64,000 bases of DNA. Origin: a virus. Lineage: Duplodnaviria > Caudoviricetes. Positions 48,180 to 58,531 of this stretch are shown piece by piece. Each line of letters begins with the position of its first letter. Position 1 is the stretch's first letter. The position numbers and the translations under genes are program-made. The stretch is taken from the IMG/VR virus record IMGVR_UViG_3300011678_000001, positions 160,001 to 224,000 of that record. The stretch is one strand, 5' to 3'. A model generated the notes under the pieces. The model searched no databases. It had not been told where the DNA came from and saw only the letters and a list, made by a program, of their open reading frames with translations.

Positions 48180-48492
48180 TCAGGCCTTACGACGGATGGG
48201 GGTCCTTAAGGCATCCTGCATTGACCACCCATACCGTTTTACCCTATCGAATAGGGTGCTGTAGGGAATGTTATTAAGTCGTGCGATCTGAGCAATAGAC
48301 AGTTTCTCCCCTAAGACAACCACAACTCGTGGTACTGCCTCGTTTAAGGCAATATCCCCTTACCGTGGTTCTCTCTCCGCAGTCACAAACACATTCCCAT
48401 TGCCACTCGCCCTTAGCGTTACGCGTTGGGATTTGCACAGGAACATGTAGCTTACCAAACCGGAGGCCTGATAAGTCTTTTTGAAAGGACAT
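48180..48492 (-). pseudogene. internally deleted, frameshifted HNH-type homing endonuclease
   Basis: N-module DLSGLRFGKL...CVCDCG...TTSCGC followed in the +1 frame by the HTH module GEKLSIAQIAR...STLFDRVKRYGWSMQDALRTP; nuclease core absent. Confidence 0.7.
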
Positions 48493-48513
48493 ATTGGCCT
48501 CCAGCTGGTTTAC

Positions 48514-49137
48514 TTAAAGTGAATTATTGTCTTCTGAGGACGGATCATCAAGCCCTTCATCGAGGAAGGTGTTGAAGTTCGCCCACATGGAGTCGCGGAT
48601 TGTGGTCTGGTCGTGGAATGCCAGCTCCGTCCGGCCGTCTTCGTCGTAAAGATGGAGGTACTGCACGAAGTGTGCATTGCCTTCGTCGTCGAATTGGGCC
48701 AAGCCGTGCATGACTTGTTGGTAGTCCGGATCGTCGTCACCGAAGCGACCGGGATGGCGGTTAACATAGTTGTCACGCCAGCCGTGCATCATGTCCTTCT
48801 CGAACAGTCGCTTGGCACGCGGGTTCGCCATCAGCCACCGCTGCTGACGTGGACCTGCTTGCTGGAACTGCCCGATACGGGACATTGGCTGGATGTCATC
48901 CTTATCGAACAGGTGTGTTACCTTGCGCTTCAGGGCAGCGATCTTACGCTCAATCCGGTCGAAGTCGAACGAATTGAACCGTTCTATGGCCCGCTGGTAC
49001 AAGTCGGACCCCATCAGTCCGAAGGATCGGGCTGTGTTCTCCATTCGCTCCCTGATAGCCGCACGGTCCTCTGACCGAGGGAGTCCGTTATGCATCACTT
49101 CGAACTCTTGGTCATCAGCGTAAATAGCTATCGCCAT
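48514..49137 (-). CDS. conserved nucleus-locus protein
   Basis: 207 aa, AAGGAG RBS overlapping the RNAP exon-2 stop region. Confidence 0.7.
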   Translation of the reverse strand: MAIAIYADDQEFEVMHNGLPRSEDRAAIRERMENTARSFGLMGSDLYQRAIERFNSFDFDRIERKIAALKRKVTHLFDKDDIQPMSRIGQFQQAGPRQQRWLMANPRAKRLFEKDMMHGWRDNYVNRHPGRFGDDDPDYQQVMHGLAQFDDEGNAHFVQYLHLYDEDGRTELAFHDQTTIRDSMWANFNTFLDEGLDDPSSEDNNSL

Positions 49138-49148
49138 TGTGTACTCCT

Positions 49149-49334
49149 TTATTGCGAAACTTGGTCACCCTCGATAATCCAGTTGGTCGACGTGGCAATA
49201 AACGGCGCCGGCAGGGTCGTGTTGCGCGACACTGTGAACGGCTTGTTGAGGTCCATCACGCCGGTGACCGGATCGAGTCGACTCATGACCTTAGCATTCT
49301 TGTGGTCGAGTGGTAATTCGCCCCAGAGTGCGTC
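49149..49334 (-). CDS. nvRNAP beta' N subunit, exon 2
   Basis: DALWGELPLDHKNAKVMSRLDP...IEGDQVSQ*; supplies the last Asp of NADFDGD. Confidence 0.9.
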   Translation of the reverse strand, partial: DALWGELPLDHKNAKVMSRLDPVTGVMDLNKPFTVSRNTTLPAPFIATSTNWIIEGDQVSQ

Positions 49335-50724
49335 CGTATAATTACACCATTAGCACATTGCCGACTAAAGACTGGACTCTTCAGACGGTAATTTAATCAA
49401 ATCCAAGTCGGCGTAGGCAAACCGAAATGAACCATATTCACTTACACTGCCTAGATCACCATCGCGCTTCAGCCGTACGGTGATGGCTTTCTTACTGAGT
49501 TCATTAACCGCTATGAACTCGCTCGCACTAGGGTAATGTGTGATTTCACCTCTTTTCACTCCGATCACTGCTACAGGCCGCCCAATACCCCATCGAGAGG
49601 CATTTAACAGTGTTTCGTAATCGTAGTGTCTGAACTCCCTGTCTGCGTATGCTACCTGATACCGTCCCCTGAAAAGGGACAACCTAGGAGTTCTGGCGAC
49701 GGCCGACAGATGGCCAGTGAGGACTCCGTGAGCAGTAGCTGCTGCTGTCATCGTTGGGTAGATTGTTATCTCCCCAGTATGGATGTCACGGAGTTTTGTG
49801 GGGCTTTCTGGAATCATCCCTAACCTGTCTCGTTTCGGGATGGTCGTCTTCCTGAGATGAGCCGGCACTGGGTCGTGAGAGCGCTGGTGTTTGAAACTGT
49901 AACCGTTACAGGCGTTACCAGTCACAATCGCCTGCCAAACGTCCTCAGCAGAGCAACCCGCTATATGCCCAGCTGTATCCAAAGATTCAGTGAGGATACT
50001 CTCGGCTTCGTTTGATTTCCAGACAAGTATCATTGGACGCGTTGGCGGCTTGCTCAATGCATGATGGATGTTGTTGAGTTTGACAGTAATCCATTCCAGA
50101 TTTGACTCGTCATTATTAGACTTATCGCTGTCCTTATGGTTGACTGTCAACTGCATGGGGTCTTCTGGTGGTTCTATGAACGCCAGGGCCACCAGGCGAT
50201 GAACTCCGAACGTCACCCATCCTGTTTCAGTAAGGACTGTGGCCGTCGAGTATCCATCGCCGTTTTTGTACTGCTTCCTGAGGTTTCCTGCGGGATCGTA
50301 TATCTCGCCTGTGTTAGACGCGAGAAACCCGCAGGTGTTTGGGATTTCCTTTAACATATCGATCCTCGTACTTCTGTGCTAATGATGTTCGTCGGGGTCG
50401 TTACGCCCGACCGATGTAAATGTCCAGTTTACACCGAACGCTATGGTTTCCCATAACGACTGACTATATCTTCACCTACCTAAATAAGTGCTCCCCGTTT
50501 CGATTTAAAGCTTGCGCTCCCCACTTGGGGCCTACTTCCTTACGGAATAGTCGATGAACCTTACTCGTATCTTGCCATCTCGACAATATGTAGAGTCTTG
50601 GCTGCTGATTGCCCAATCCGCTTGATTTTCAAACATTCACGCTCACCGTTTCCAGTCACGTTGTAGTTCAAGCGGCTCTCAGGGGTTTCCAGCAGTTAAA
50701 GGAGTTTAATGACAGCAAAGGTTT
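49335..50724 (-). mobile_element. group I intron (1390 nt) with HNH endonuclease
   Basis: Exon ends in U and intron in G; P1 GACGGT/GCTGTC with U.G at the splice site; P AACTGCTGGAAA, Q AATCAGCAG, R GTTCATCGACTA, S AAGATATAGTC. Confidence 0.92.
49365..50357 (-). CDS. intron-encoded HNH homing endonuclease
   Basis: VHRLVALAF...VNHKDSDKSNNDESNLEWIT...N; lies 3' of the S element. Confidence 0.9.
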   Translation of the reverse strand: MLKEIPNTCGFLASNTGEIYDPAGNLRKQYKNGDGYSTATVLTETGWVTFGVHRLVALAFIEPPEDPMQLTVNHKDSDKSNNDESNLEWITVKLNNIHHALSKPPTRPMILVWKSNEAESILTESLDTAGHIAGCSAEDVWQAIVTGNACNGYSFKHQRSHDPVPAHLRKTTIPKRDRLGMIPESPTKLRDIHTGEITIYPTMTAAATAHGVLTGHLSAVARTPRLSLFRGRYQVAYADREFRHYDYETLLNASRWGIGRPVAVIGVKRGEITHYPSASEFIAVNELSKKAITVRLKRDGDLGSVSEYGSFRFAYADLDLIKLPSEESSL

Positions 50725-52005
50725 ACCGTCGAAGTCGGCGTTCTTGTCGATGAGGTTCAAGGGAGAGATGGAAATGGTGTTATCCGTCGGGTCGGTCTTG
50801 ACTTCATCGATCTGGTTGTAGCCGATCGAGCCACGGGTCAGGGTCGGGTTACGACCAAACGTCGTGGGAATGGTGCCGCTGGGCGCTTCGGCTAAAAGCT
50901 CCTTGAACAGATCATTCAGATGAGGATGGTACCGCAGGGTGTTCTCGTAAATCAGGGCCTGAATCTCGTTGGGAATGTACCCTTGAGTCAGCAGCTTGTT
51001 TTGCAGGTGCACCTTAAACAACAGGGTGCTCATCGACCATGGAATTTGCATTGCGTCCTGGCGATGGGGTTTCTGGCGCGAGGTGATCACTGCACGGTAA
51101 CCGAAGTGTGGTCGAGTCCCGTAGATCAGCTTACGGGCAATGCCGGGCTTCTTGAAGATTACCTCTGCTTCGAAGGTCCGGTAGTACTCGTTGAAATGCT
51201 GCAGGGCACTGACGACACGGGCTTCCTTTACCGGTTGGGCCAGCTTGGGCTGGTTCTCGGCGGTTTCCCGGTTGTCGATCCCGATCAGGATGTGCGCAGC
51301 GTTAACGGCGGCCACCATCTTCGGGTCAGCGGTGATGCGGTTGTTGGCATTCTCACGGATGAAGCCCAGGCGCGTCGGGAACGGCATGTACTCGGAGAAT
51401 GTCTTGTCGTAGTTCTCTTGCAGAAAGCGCATGATCTTACGACGTCTACGAGCTGAGGCAGAAGGTCCAATCAGACCGGCCTTGAACAGCGCCACCAGGA
51501 TGGCTTCGTAGTTTTCGATGAAGTGGTTGTAACCCCGTGGGATGTCCAACCGCTCAAGTTTGCGCATCTTGTCTGCAGCCAACGTGGTCGGTGCATTATA
51601 ACGCGGGTTGCACAGGTACTCCAGGATGTTGAAGTTGGAGTGCGTCAGGTTCTTGGACAGAATCCGCCACACGGTGATGTTGATAAATGCCTTGATGCCT
51701 TCAGGCACCTTGAGCCACAGCATCGACTCCAGCGGCTTTTCCGTGATGGGCACGACTTGGGACAGACACACCGGGCAACGGATGCCGTAGTTGTCCATGC
51801 CTGTGATGTTATTGCAGTCGCAGGCTGCCGTGTTGTTCAGGGAATCCCCGTCCAAGCTGGCATAAATCAGATTGTTGAGCTTAAGGCGGTCGGCCTCAAG
51901 GTCAATGTTGAAGTCGTTCATCATGATCGCAGGATGCGTCAGATGCCGGAACATGCTATCGTAGTGGACTACCCGCAGGTAAATGCCATTCCGTTCTTTC
52001 ATCAA
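50725..52005 (-). CDS. nvRNAP beta' N subunit, exon 1 (phiKZ gp55-like)
   Basis: CDC...CPVC Zn finger, KPGIARK, RAVI, GRNPTL, NADFDG at the exon end. Confidence 0.92.
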
Positions 52006-52096
52006 CTCTGGCCCTTAAGTATAGTACCGATGAAAAATAAAAGACATAGCTCGGGGGAGCAACTGCTCCCCCTTGCTATTTGAGTGCCGCTATCGG

Positions 52097-54019
52097 TTAG
52101 AAGCTCGAGCCGAAGCCGAAGCCGTTACCGATGGAACCACGCAGCGAACGCTGGCCATCACCAACTACACGACGGGACAGCATGCCGTGAGTCAGGTCAC
52201 CACCGACGAAGTCGCGGATGCGAGTGTTGCCACGCGCACGGCGATTGCCGAAGGAGTAATGAGCCGAACGCTGATCGATGTTGATCTTGCAGTCAGCGAT
52301 TGCCAGTGCCAGAGCCTCGATGAACTTCGGGTTGAAGTACGCGAGGTCCACGTAACGGCTGAACTTGACGTTCGAAGCGCCGAGAGCGGTGGTCAGCTGC
52401 TGGAACTGTTCGCTGACACGCACTTCCACGTCCAGATCCTGACGGTCGATCACGCCCTGGTACAGGAGTGCCGATTCGCCCTGATCGTTCGGGTTCTGTG
52501 CCAACCAACGGAGCAGGTCCCAATCACGCAGGTCACGCTCGTTGCCTTTCTCGTCGATCCAGGTACCGGTCAGGTAACGAGCACCGGACATTTCCAGCGG
52601 AGTGTCGACGCCGAGTTCGCGAGCACGACGGGTGAAGTTCCCGTTGGTCAGGCGATCTGCGTAGTCGTACAGGCGGCGGATTGCGTCGCCGTTTGCCGAA
52701 GTGTCGGTAGCTGCGTCAGCGAGCAGGCTGGTGATCCAGCTGTTGTCGCCGCCTTCTTCCAGTTCCACAGCCCAAGCCAGGTTCTCGTCCACGAGGGAGA
52801 AGAAGTACTGACCCCACTTGTGGGTGTCGAGGCTGGCACGTGCGTCGAACACGACCGGCTCGTGATCCTGATCTGGGCCGAGGATGTTCAGCAGACCAGT
52901 GTCACGGGTGTCGATTTCGCCACGAGGTACGTCGCCCGGCAGGAAGGTGTGAGCCCATGCCTGATCCTTGGAGATGACCGAAGCACCACCCAGCGCGAGC
53001 AGCAGCAGTTCCGGCGTGATGCCGTTGGTGCCAGTGTCCATGCGGTTGATGACGAAGGTCGGAGTGAAGTACGGCTCGTTGCGAACGGCAGTACGCGCCC
53101 AACGCTCAGTCTGCTGCGGCGGGGAGTACATCAGGTTGACGTAACCGCCCAAGTTGGCCAGGCCAACGGAGACGTTCTGGTCACCCTTGCGGATCACACC
53201 AGCTACGCTAACAGCGATGTCGCTGCGGCGCGGCAGGCCGTCGGCCGAAACCACGTCACGACCGGACAGGTCAACGTTGATTTCCAGCGTGGACTGCTTG
53301 TTCAGCCACTCGAGGCTGAAGTACAGGTCCGGGTTGAACAGGTCGTTGTAGATCGCAGTCAGTGCGGCCTGTGCGTAGAACACGACAGTACGCGCTTCGG
53401 TGCTTTCCGGCTCGTTGAAGTCGACCTTGCGGTCAACGGTACGCCAGCCAGCGCGAACGATTTCCACGTTGCGGCGGGTCTGCTCGAAGTTCTTCTTGGT
53501 GATCTCGTCAACCAGAGCCAGGTAGCTCTCGGTCACGTAGTCAGAAGCAACGACCGGCAGCTGGAAGCTGCGATGGTTGATGTCGACGTTGCGAACTGGG
53601 GACTCGTCGGTGAGAGTGCCTTCCAGTGCCAGCGCGTGGGTCAGGACCTTAACGGTACCCTGATGCTCGACCGGGTAGGCCAGGATGATGCTGGAGATCG
53701 AGACGTTGTGCTCGGATGCTTCCAGACCGATTACCTGGACCTTGGACAGGTCGATGACGCCGGCGCCGGCGACTTGACGCTCAGGGGAGAACCAGAACTT
53801 GAAGCCTTTAACAGCGGAGACCAGAGCCTCACCGCTGGTACGACGGCTCATCGGCGCGCCCAGCAGGCGGTTGATGTCGAGCAGGCCAGCTACCGGCGTA
53901 GCGTGCTGCTGACGGTCAGCGCGGTCAGCACGAGCTGCAGGGTTGGCGTTCTGAGCCGGATGGTCGTTCTTCGGACCGGTGATCGGATCGTTCTGGGTGT
54001 TTTCGTCTTTAACGGCCAT
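52097..54019 (-). CDS. chmA: chimallin, phage nuclear shell protein
   Basis: 640 aa, strong codon bias, flexible N-terminus and Phe-ending C-tail; directly upstream of nvRNAP beta'-N and near the DNA polymerase; has its own early promoter. Confidence 0.82.
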   Translation of the reverse strand: MAVKDENTQNDPITGPKNDHPAQNANPAARADRADRQQHATPVAGLLDINRLLGAPMSRRTSGEALVSAVKGFKFWFSPERQVAGAGVIDLSKVQVIGLEASEHNVSISSIILAYPVEHQGTVKVLTHALALEGTLTDESPVRNVDINHRSFQLPVVASDYVTESYLALVDEITKKNFEQTRRNVEIVRAGWRTVDRKVDFNEPESTEARTVVFYAQAALTAIYNDLFNPDLYFSLEWLNKQSTLEINVDLSGRDVVSADGLPRRSDIAVSVAGVIRKGDQNVSVGLANLGGYVNLMYSPPQQTERWARTAVRNEPYFTPTFVINRMDTGTNGITPELLLLALGGASVISKDQAWAHTFLPGDVPRGEIDTRDTGLLNILGPDQDHEPVVFDARASLDTHKWGQYFFSLVDENLAWAVELEEGGDNSWITSLLADAATDTSANGDAIRRLYDYADRLTNGNFTRRARELGVDTPLEMSGARYLTGTWIDEKGNERDLRDWDLLRWLAQNPNDQGESALLYQGVIDRQDLDVEVRVSEQFQQLTTALGASNVKFSRYVDLAYFNPKFIEALALAIADCKINIDQRSAHYSFGNRRARGNTRIRDFVGGDLTHGMLSRRVVGDGQRSLRGSIGNGFGFGSSF

Positions 54020-54098
54020 TATGGCTAACTCCTTGGTGTTTTGATGCGTTACTAGGGCCTAGTGAACATCTTGAAGCTTTGTCTCGATATTCACGTTG

Positions 54099-54126
54099 AT
54101 AATGTAGCACCGTGATAATTTCGAAT
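54099..54126 (-). promoter_or_regulatory. putative early promoter for chimallin
   Basis: TTCGAAATTATCACGGTGCTACATTAT. Confidence 0.65.
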
Positions 54127-54354
54127 GGAATTCTTATTCCAAGCCTCATTATCATTCGGCACCGGGGTTTATTTTTACGGTGTGCAGCCAAGAAAAGGAA
54201 ATACCCTCCCTTGAAGACAAGGGATTAACCTTGCCCGGAGCACATGTCCTATACCATATGGTGAAACCAGTTCTTTTTTACGATTCTGTTTCTCTCCCAT
54301 GAACGTAAAGGTTGGCTAATCCTTTGAGACTCTAACTGTCATTGGACCTTCCCC

Positions 54355-55461
54355 ATGTACACACTCTTCAATACCGACGCCAAGATCAAGCAGACAAACG
54401 TCGCGACCTTTGGCTTGGACTACGTTAAGCGGGAGCTGATGGGGGTACAGGTTGACCGCTATAAACAGTACCGGGCAATGAACCCTGGGTACATCAAGAG
54501 CGACCACCTGATCCTCAAGCTTCTGGCTATGATTGACATCCCCTTCACCGGCGACCTTCCTGACTTCTACCTACGGGCTGGCAGTATCGTGGATCGGATC
54601 GCAGGACAGATGGGCTTGGTCACATCAGCTCACCACGGGCGGGTGCGTAACCACAGTCACTTCTACGGCAAGGGCGTCAATGAGATCGTCATCGCTGTAG
54701 CAGACGACACCCTGACCCCGGCTGAGATCTGGTTCGGCTGGAACAAGATGAGCGCGGTGCGGATACTGGCCCACCCTATTAAAGGCTGTGGCATTATCGA
54801 GCTGGACGGCAGCAACGAGTTCAAAGGCCTGCCAGACGGAGCCACTGCAGTCGTTGAAATCAACCTGCCCCTGCTGGCTTGTCAGTACCATCTGTGGCGC
54901 ATGGCGACGTCCATGCTGGCTCCAGAAGGGACTGCGCTGCCGTCGGCTCACTTCGTGTCCCAAGTGGTGATCCCCAACATGCTGCCCAGTCACTTGGATG
55001 TGGCGGTGTTAAATACCCTGCATGCCTTGACAGGTGCGCCGGGCTACGTGCAGGTCAACAGCGACATGCCGTTCTACACCACCGACCTCTATCCCCGACT
55101 GGAGAAAGGCTTGCTGGAGTTGCTGGAGCGTTTTACCAAGGCTACCTTGACGTACAAGGACATTCTGTCGAACACCCCCGTGTTTGGTCAGGACACCTTG
55201 ATGCAGACGGTCAAGATGCCGGACATGGCCTTCACCAACCAAGCCATCTGGGCCTTGACCATTGCGCGGTTGCCGGTGATTGCCCTGTTGCTTAAACTTG
55301 ACTTCCTCAGTCGCAACGTCAAGAACGATTCTGAAAAGAACCGGATACGGCGCAGCTTAAAGGAAGCCGAGAGCGGCAAGTACCTGACCAACCAACTGCC
55401 GAGTAACGTCTCAGCCTGGGTGGCCAAGTACATTCAAGAGAACATCACGCCCTACCTGTGA
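54355..55461 (+). CDS. conserved jumbo-phage protein (phiKZ gp52-like position)
   Basis: 368 aa, divergent from chimallin. Confidence 0.65.
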   Translation: MYTLFNTDAKIKQTNVATFGLDYVKRELMGVQVDRYKQYRAMNPGYIKSDHLILKLLAMIDIPFTGDLPDFYLRAGSIVDRIAGQMGLVTSAHHGRVRNHSHFYGKGVNEIVIAVADDTLTPAEIWFGWNKMSAVRILAHPIKGCGIIELDGSNEFKGLPDGATAVVEINLPLLACQYHLWRMATSMLAPEGTALPSAHFVSQVVIPNMLPSHLDVAVLNTLHALTGAPGYVQVNSDMPFYTTDLYPRLEKGLLELLERFTKATLTYKDILSNTPVFGQDTLMQTVKMPDMAFTNQAIWALTIARLPVIALLLKLDFLSRNVKNDSEKNRIRRSLKEAESGKYLTNQLPSNVSAWVAKYIQENITPYL

Positions 55462-55467
55462 ACATAG

Positions 55468-55489
55468 CGAGGAGCCCTAGGGCTCCTCG
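55468..55489. terminator. hairpin between convergent genes
   Basis: CGAGGAGCCC-TA-GGGCTCCTCG. Confidence 0.7.
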
Positions 55490-55490
55490 T

Positions 55491-55775
55491 TTATGCTGTC
55501 TCACCAGATTGGAGCTGGTGCACGTCTTTATTGATCAGCTCTGCGATGGCGCTGGCTAACTCAGGCTCCAAGTCCTTCAGTTGCTCAGCCAGCTCCATGT
55601 ACAGAATCCACCGCTCAGGCCCTAGGTTAGACAACAGCTCTGACACCAGAGCACGGGTCATGGCGACCGTGTGGCTGTGGACAGAGCTGCGCATGAGGGC
55701 CATCATTTCTTCATCCGTGGCAGACCGGGTAATGGACTGTCCACCGCTACTTACCATCACTTTGGGGCGATTCAT
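55491..55775 (-). CDS. hypothetical protein
   Basis: 94 aa, GGAG RBS. Confidence 0.65.
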   Translation of the reverse strand: MNRPKVMVSSGGQSITRSATDEEMMALMRSSVHSHTVAMTRALVSELLSNLGPERWILYMELAEQLKDLEPELASAIAELINKDVHQLQSGETA

Positions 55776-55780
55776 GTCAA

Positions 55781-56188
55781 CTACTCCGGTTCGACTTCAG
55801 GACACAGGTTGGTGGTTCGGATGAGGTCATCGTCAGAAGCCTTGAAACGTGCCCTCACCGCTTCGAGTAACCGAACCAGACGCGGATCGGTCGTCTCTTC
55901 AGCCACTCGTTTAAGCAAGAAGTCAAAGTCCAAGGTGTTGTTCCCATCTATATCGACACGAACCACCTGAGCCCCACGGGTATGGACGTTGATGCAGGGT
56001 TTGATGAACATCGTCGAGCTTGCCGTAAACGCACTGCTGCACGTCACATCCGAAAGGATTGAGGACGACACCAGCCCATCACTGCTCAAGGCATCGGCGA
56101 ACGCCTTTAACCTGTCAAACTCGGAGGGGGCTTTCGCCCGCTCCGGAAACTGGAAGATCTGGCAATCAGGTTTACCAGTCGTATCCAT
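55781..56188 (-). CDS. hypothetical protein
   Basis: Start placed at MDTTGKP, overlapping the polymerase end. Confidence 0.6.
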   Translation of the reverse strand: MDTTGKPDCQIFQFPERAKAPSEFDRLKAFADALSSDGLVSSSILSDVTCSSAFTASSTMFIKPCINVHTRGAQVVRVDIDGNNTLDFDFLLKRVAEETTDPRLVRLLEAVRARFKASDDDLIRTTNLCPEVEPE

Positions 56189-58451
56189 CTTCTTCTTCCT
56201 CTTCGAAGAGCTCATCCTCATCGTCATCCATGGCGCTGTTGGCATCGGTGGCCTCTGGCTGGAGGTTCACTTCGCCGGACGGGGTGTAGATGTCGCTGAT
56301 CAGACGAACGTATTTGCTGTCCACCTGGAAGATCCCAAGGGATTCCAGAATCATGTAAAACGACTCGAGGATTTCATAGGTCAGTCGACGGATGTCGATC
56401 ATCACCATGACTTCTTCCGGCATGCCGTTCCCTGACAGGATCGACAATGGCATGTAGAGTGTCCGAATCTGATCCCGTTCTGTGCGTTCGCAGTACAGAC
56501 GGAACCGCTCGGCAAACTCAGGATCAATGGCATCGATCTGGTTCAGCCAGGTTTGCATGTCGGTTTTGTTGCCCACAGCCATCGGGACCTTAATCACCGT
56601 GTAGGGTGGGCTTTCCACGTTGCCGTACTTGGGAGCGAACACGTCCTGCCACATGGTGTAATGGCGGTAGTTGGTCTTCTCCTTATACGGGTCGTCCTTG
56701 TTCATGTTGGCGTACGATTCCTGAATCTGTGACGACTTCAGGTATTTGTGCTCGCCTTTCTTGATCGAGTTGTAGATTTCCTGCTCGTGCTGCCAGACCT
56801 TCATGTACAGCTCTTCCAAGGAGAACTGGCGGTTCTCATCGGCGCGGGTCATGACTTCTTTCATCAGGGCCTTGGCGGACTTGATAATCGAGGGCGGAAC
56901 CGTTGAGGATCGCAGGGCCACGCCCTTGATCTCCATGTCGTATTCCTTATACACGTTACCTTCACGAGCCGACATGAACGCGTAGTAGTGCTTGGCGCGG
57001 CTGGTCAGGGTGAACACCGGGAAGGCGTACTCGTTCTTCATGGTCAGGCGATGCAGGTCTTCCTGGATCACCCCCATGTTGGCCGACAGCTTAGCCAGAA
57101 CGTGGACGATACACTGACAGGCAATGTAGGTCGTGGTGTACCAGATACCGTCGCCTTCTTTGGTGCGGGTGGCGTCATTGGTGTACCAAGTCACCCAGTC
57201 TTGCGTGGTGAAAATGGTCGAGTCCGTATCTGAGGCCAGTACCACACGCCGCAGGATGCCTTTAATGTTGGCCACGGTTGGGCACAGCTGTACTGGGGTC
57301 AGGAACACCCGAATAAAGGTGAAGTACTCCTGCATTACATTCTGGATGTTGATCGCCGTGACGGCTACCTTACGCAGCACATCGAAGCGGCCCTTCTCCT
57401 TCAGGGAGTCAAAGTTCTCACCAAGGGTCTCCTCAGCGTTCAGGTACGTCGCCAGCACCTTGGTGTCATCATCGATCGCCTTACCGGTTAGAAAGCCGTA
57501 GGGATCGTCCATGGAGGTCTGATCGGCACTGGGGTCGTACTTGATGATCTTGTCCATCATGCCCCGGACGAAACCGTCGTTATACTGGGCAATGTGGTAG
57601 AGGTCACCGGTGTACATCACGATGGCACGCTCAAGCGGCGTCAGGCGGACAATAAAGTCCACGATCTGCTGGAAGCGCCCTTCGTTACGCCAGTACAGGT
57701 CTGTGCTGCGGCGGATACATTCGGCGGTCTGTTCCACGGAAGGGTAAACGAAACCGCAGGTCTGCATGGCCTGCTCGAACTCTTCATGCGGCTGACTGGT
57801 GATCAGCGCCAGCATGTTACTGAGCGCAATGGTCGGGGACCAGTAATGCCGGGAGCCTGCCAAGAGCTTCTCATTGTTGGCGTTACCGTAGCCGGTGGCC
57901 GAACGGCACATGGAGGTCAGGGAACTGTGACCGGATTTGACGTAGAGGATGTTGCCGGAGAAGCCGTGCATCCCGGACAGGGAGTTGATCGCGATCTTCT
58001 TGGCGTTCTGTTCGGCGTCCTTGATCTTCTCGAGGACTTCGTCGCCTGCAACCTTGGCGTAGAACATTTCGTTCTTGGCTTTCTTACGGCCGGCAATGCC
58101 CGTTTCAACGAACTTGGCCGAAGGCGACTTGAGGACCTTAGGGTTCTCGTAGCAGACCATCGACGGCGACAGGATACGGTTGGTATCGGTCACGGTACGG
58201 ATGTAGGTCAGCATGGTCATTTCATCACGGACCCGGTTACCTGGGCTCTCTTGCTTGAGCACCAGCATGTTCGGATCACGCAGTGGAAACTTGCCCCCAC
58301 GAGAGAGGGTCTTCTTAAGGAACGTCAGGCACTTGTCCTGCGGTTGGCCGGTCATCCGGTGCAGGAACAGGGTATTCTGGTCGAAATATCCCTTCAGCAG
58401 GTCGAGGTCCCGCTTGTACTCGGCCTTCTGCAATACGAATGGATTTTCCAT
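56172..58451 (-). CDS. split family-B DNA polymerase, polymerase-domain subunit (phiKZ gp50-like)
   Basis: Motif B KIAINSLSG, motif C SDTDS, KHY and EIKGV. Confidence 0.85.
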   Translation of the reverse strand: MENPFVLQKAEYKRDLDLLKGYFDQNTLFLHRMTGQPQDKCLTFLKKTLSRGGKFPLRDPNMLVLKQESPGNRVRDEMTMLTYIRTVTDTNRILSPSMVCYENPKVLKSPSAKFVETGIAGRKKAKNEMFYAKVAGDEVLEKIKDAEQNAKKIAINSLSGMHGFSGNILYVKSGHSSLTSMCRSATGYGNANNEKLLAGSRHYWSPTIALSNMLALITSQPHEEFEQAMQTCGFVYPSVEQTAECIRRSTDLYWRNEGRFQQIVDFIVRLTPLERAIVMYTGDLYHIAQYNDGFVRGMMDKIIKYDPSADQTSMDDPYGFLTGKAIDDDTKVLATYLNAEETLGENFDSLKEKGRFDVLRKVAVTAINIQNVMQEYFTFIRVFLTPVQLCPTVANIKGILRRVVLASDTDSTIFTTQDWVTWYTNDATRTKEGDGIWYTTTYIACQCIVHVLAKLSANMGVIQEDLHRLTMKNEYAFPVFTLTSRAKHYYAFMSAREGNVYKEYDMEIKGVALRSSTVPPSIIKSAKALMKEVMTRADENRQFSLEELYMKVWQHEQEIYNSIKKGEHKYLKSSQIQESYANMNKDDPYKEKTNYRHYTMWQDVFAPKYGNVESPPYTVIKVPMAVGNKTDMQTWLNQIDAIDPEFAERFRLYCERTERDQIRTLYMPLSILSGNGMPEEVMVMIDIRRLTYEILESFYMILESLGIFQVDSKYVRLISDIYTPSGEVNLQPEATDANSAMDDDEDELFEEEEEDGYDW

Positions 58452-58531
58452 GGCTCAATGACCCTTGTTGAAGCAAAAAGAAATAAAGTCGGGGTAGCTC
58501 ATATAAGAGCTACCCTTCGTTTTTATTGACG

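Noticed and set aside
48124-48257. Hairpins taken as a further ncRNA
   Set aside because: Most of the interval is the frameshifted endonuclease C-terminus; one remaining hairpin is insufficient evidence.
50668-50724. C-terminal KPLLSLNSFNCWKPLRAA of the 445-aa ORF
   Set aside because: Read-through into the intron, not part of the mature protein.
52073-54028. 651-aa plus-strand ORF
   Set aside because: Antisense shadow of the codon-biased chimallin gene; no RBS or motifs.
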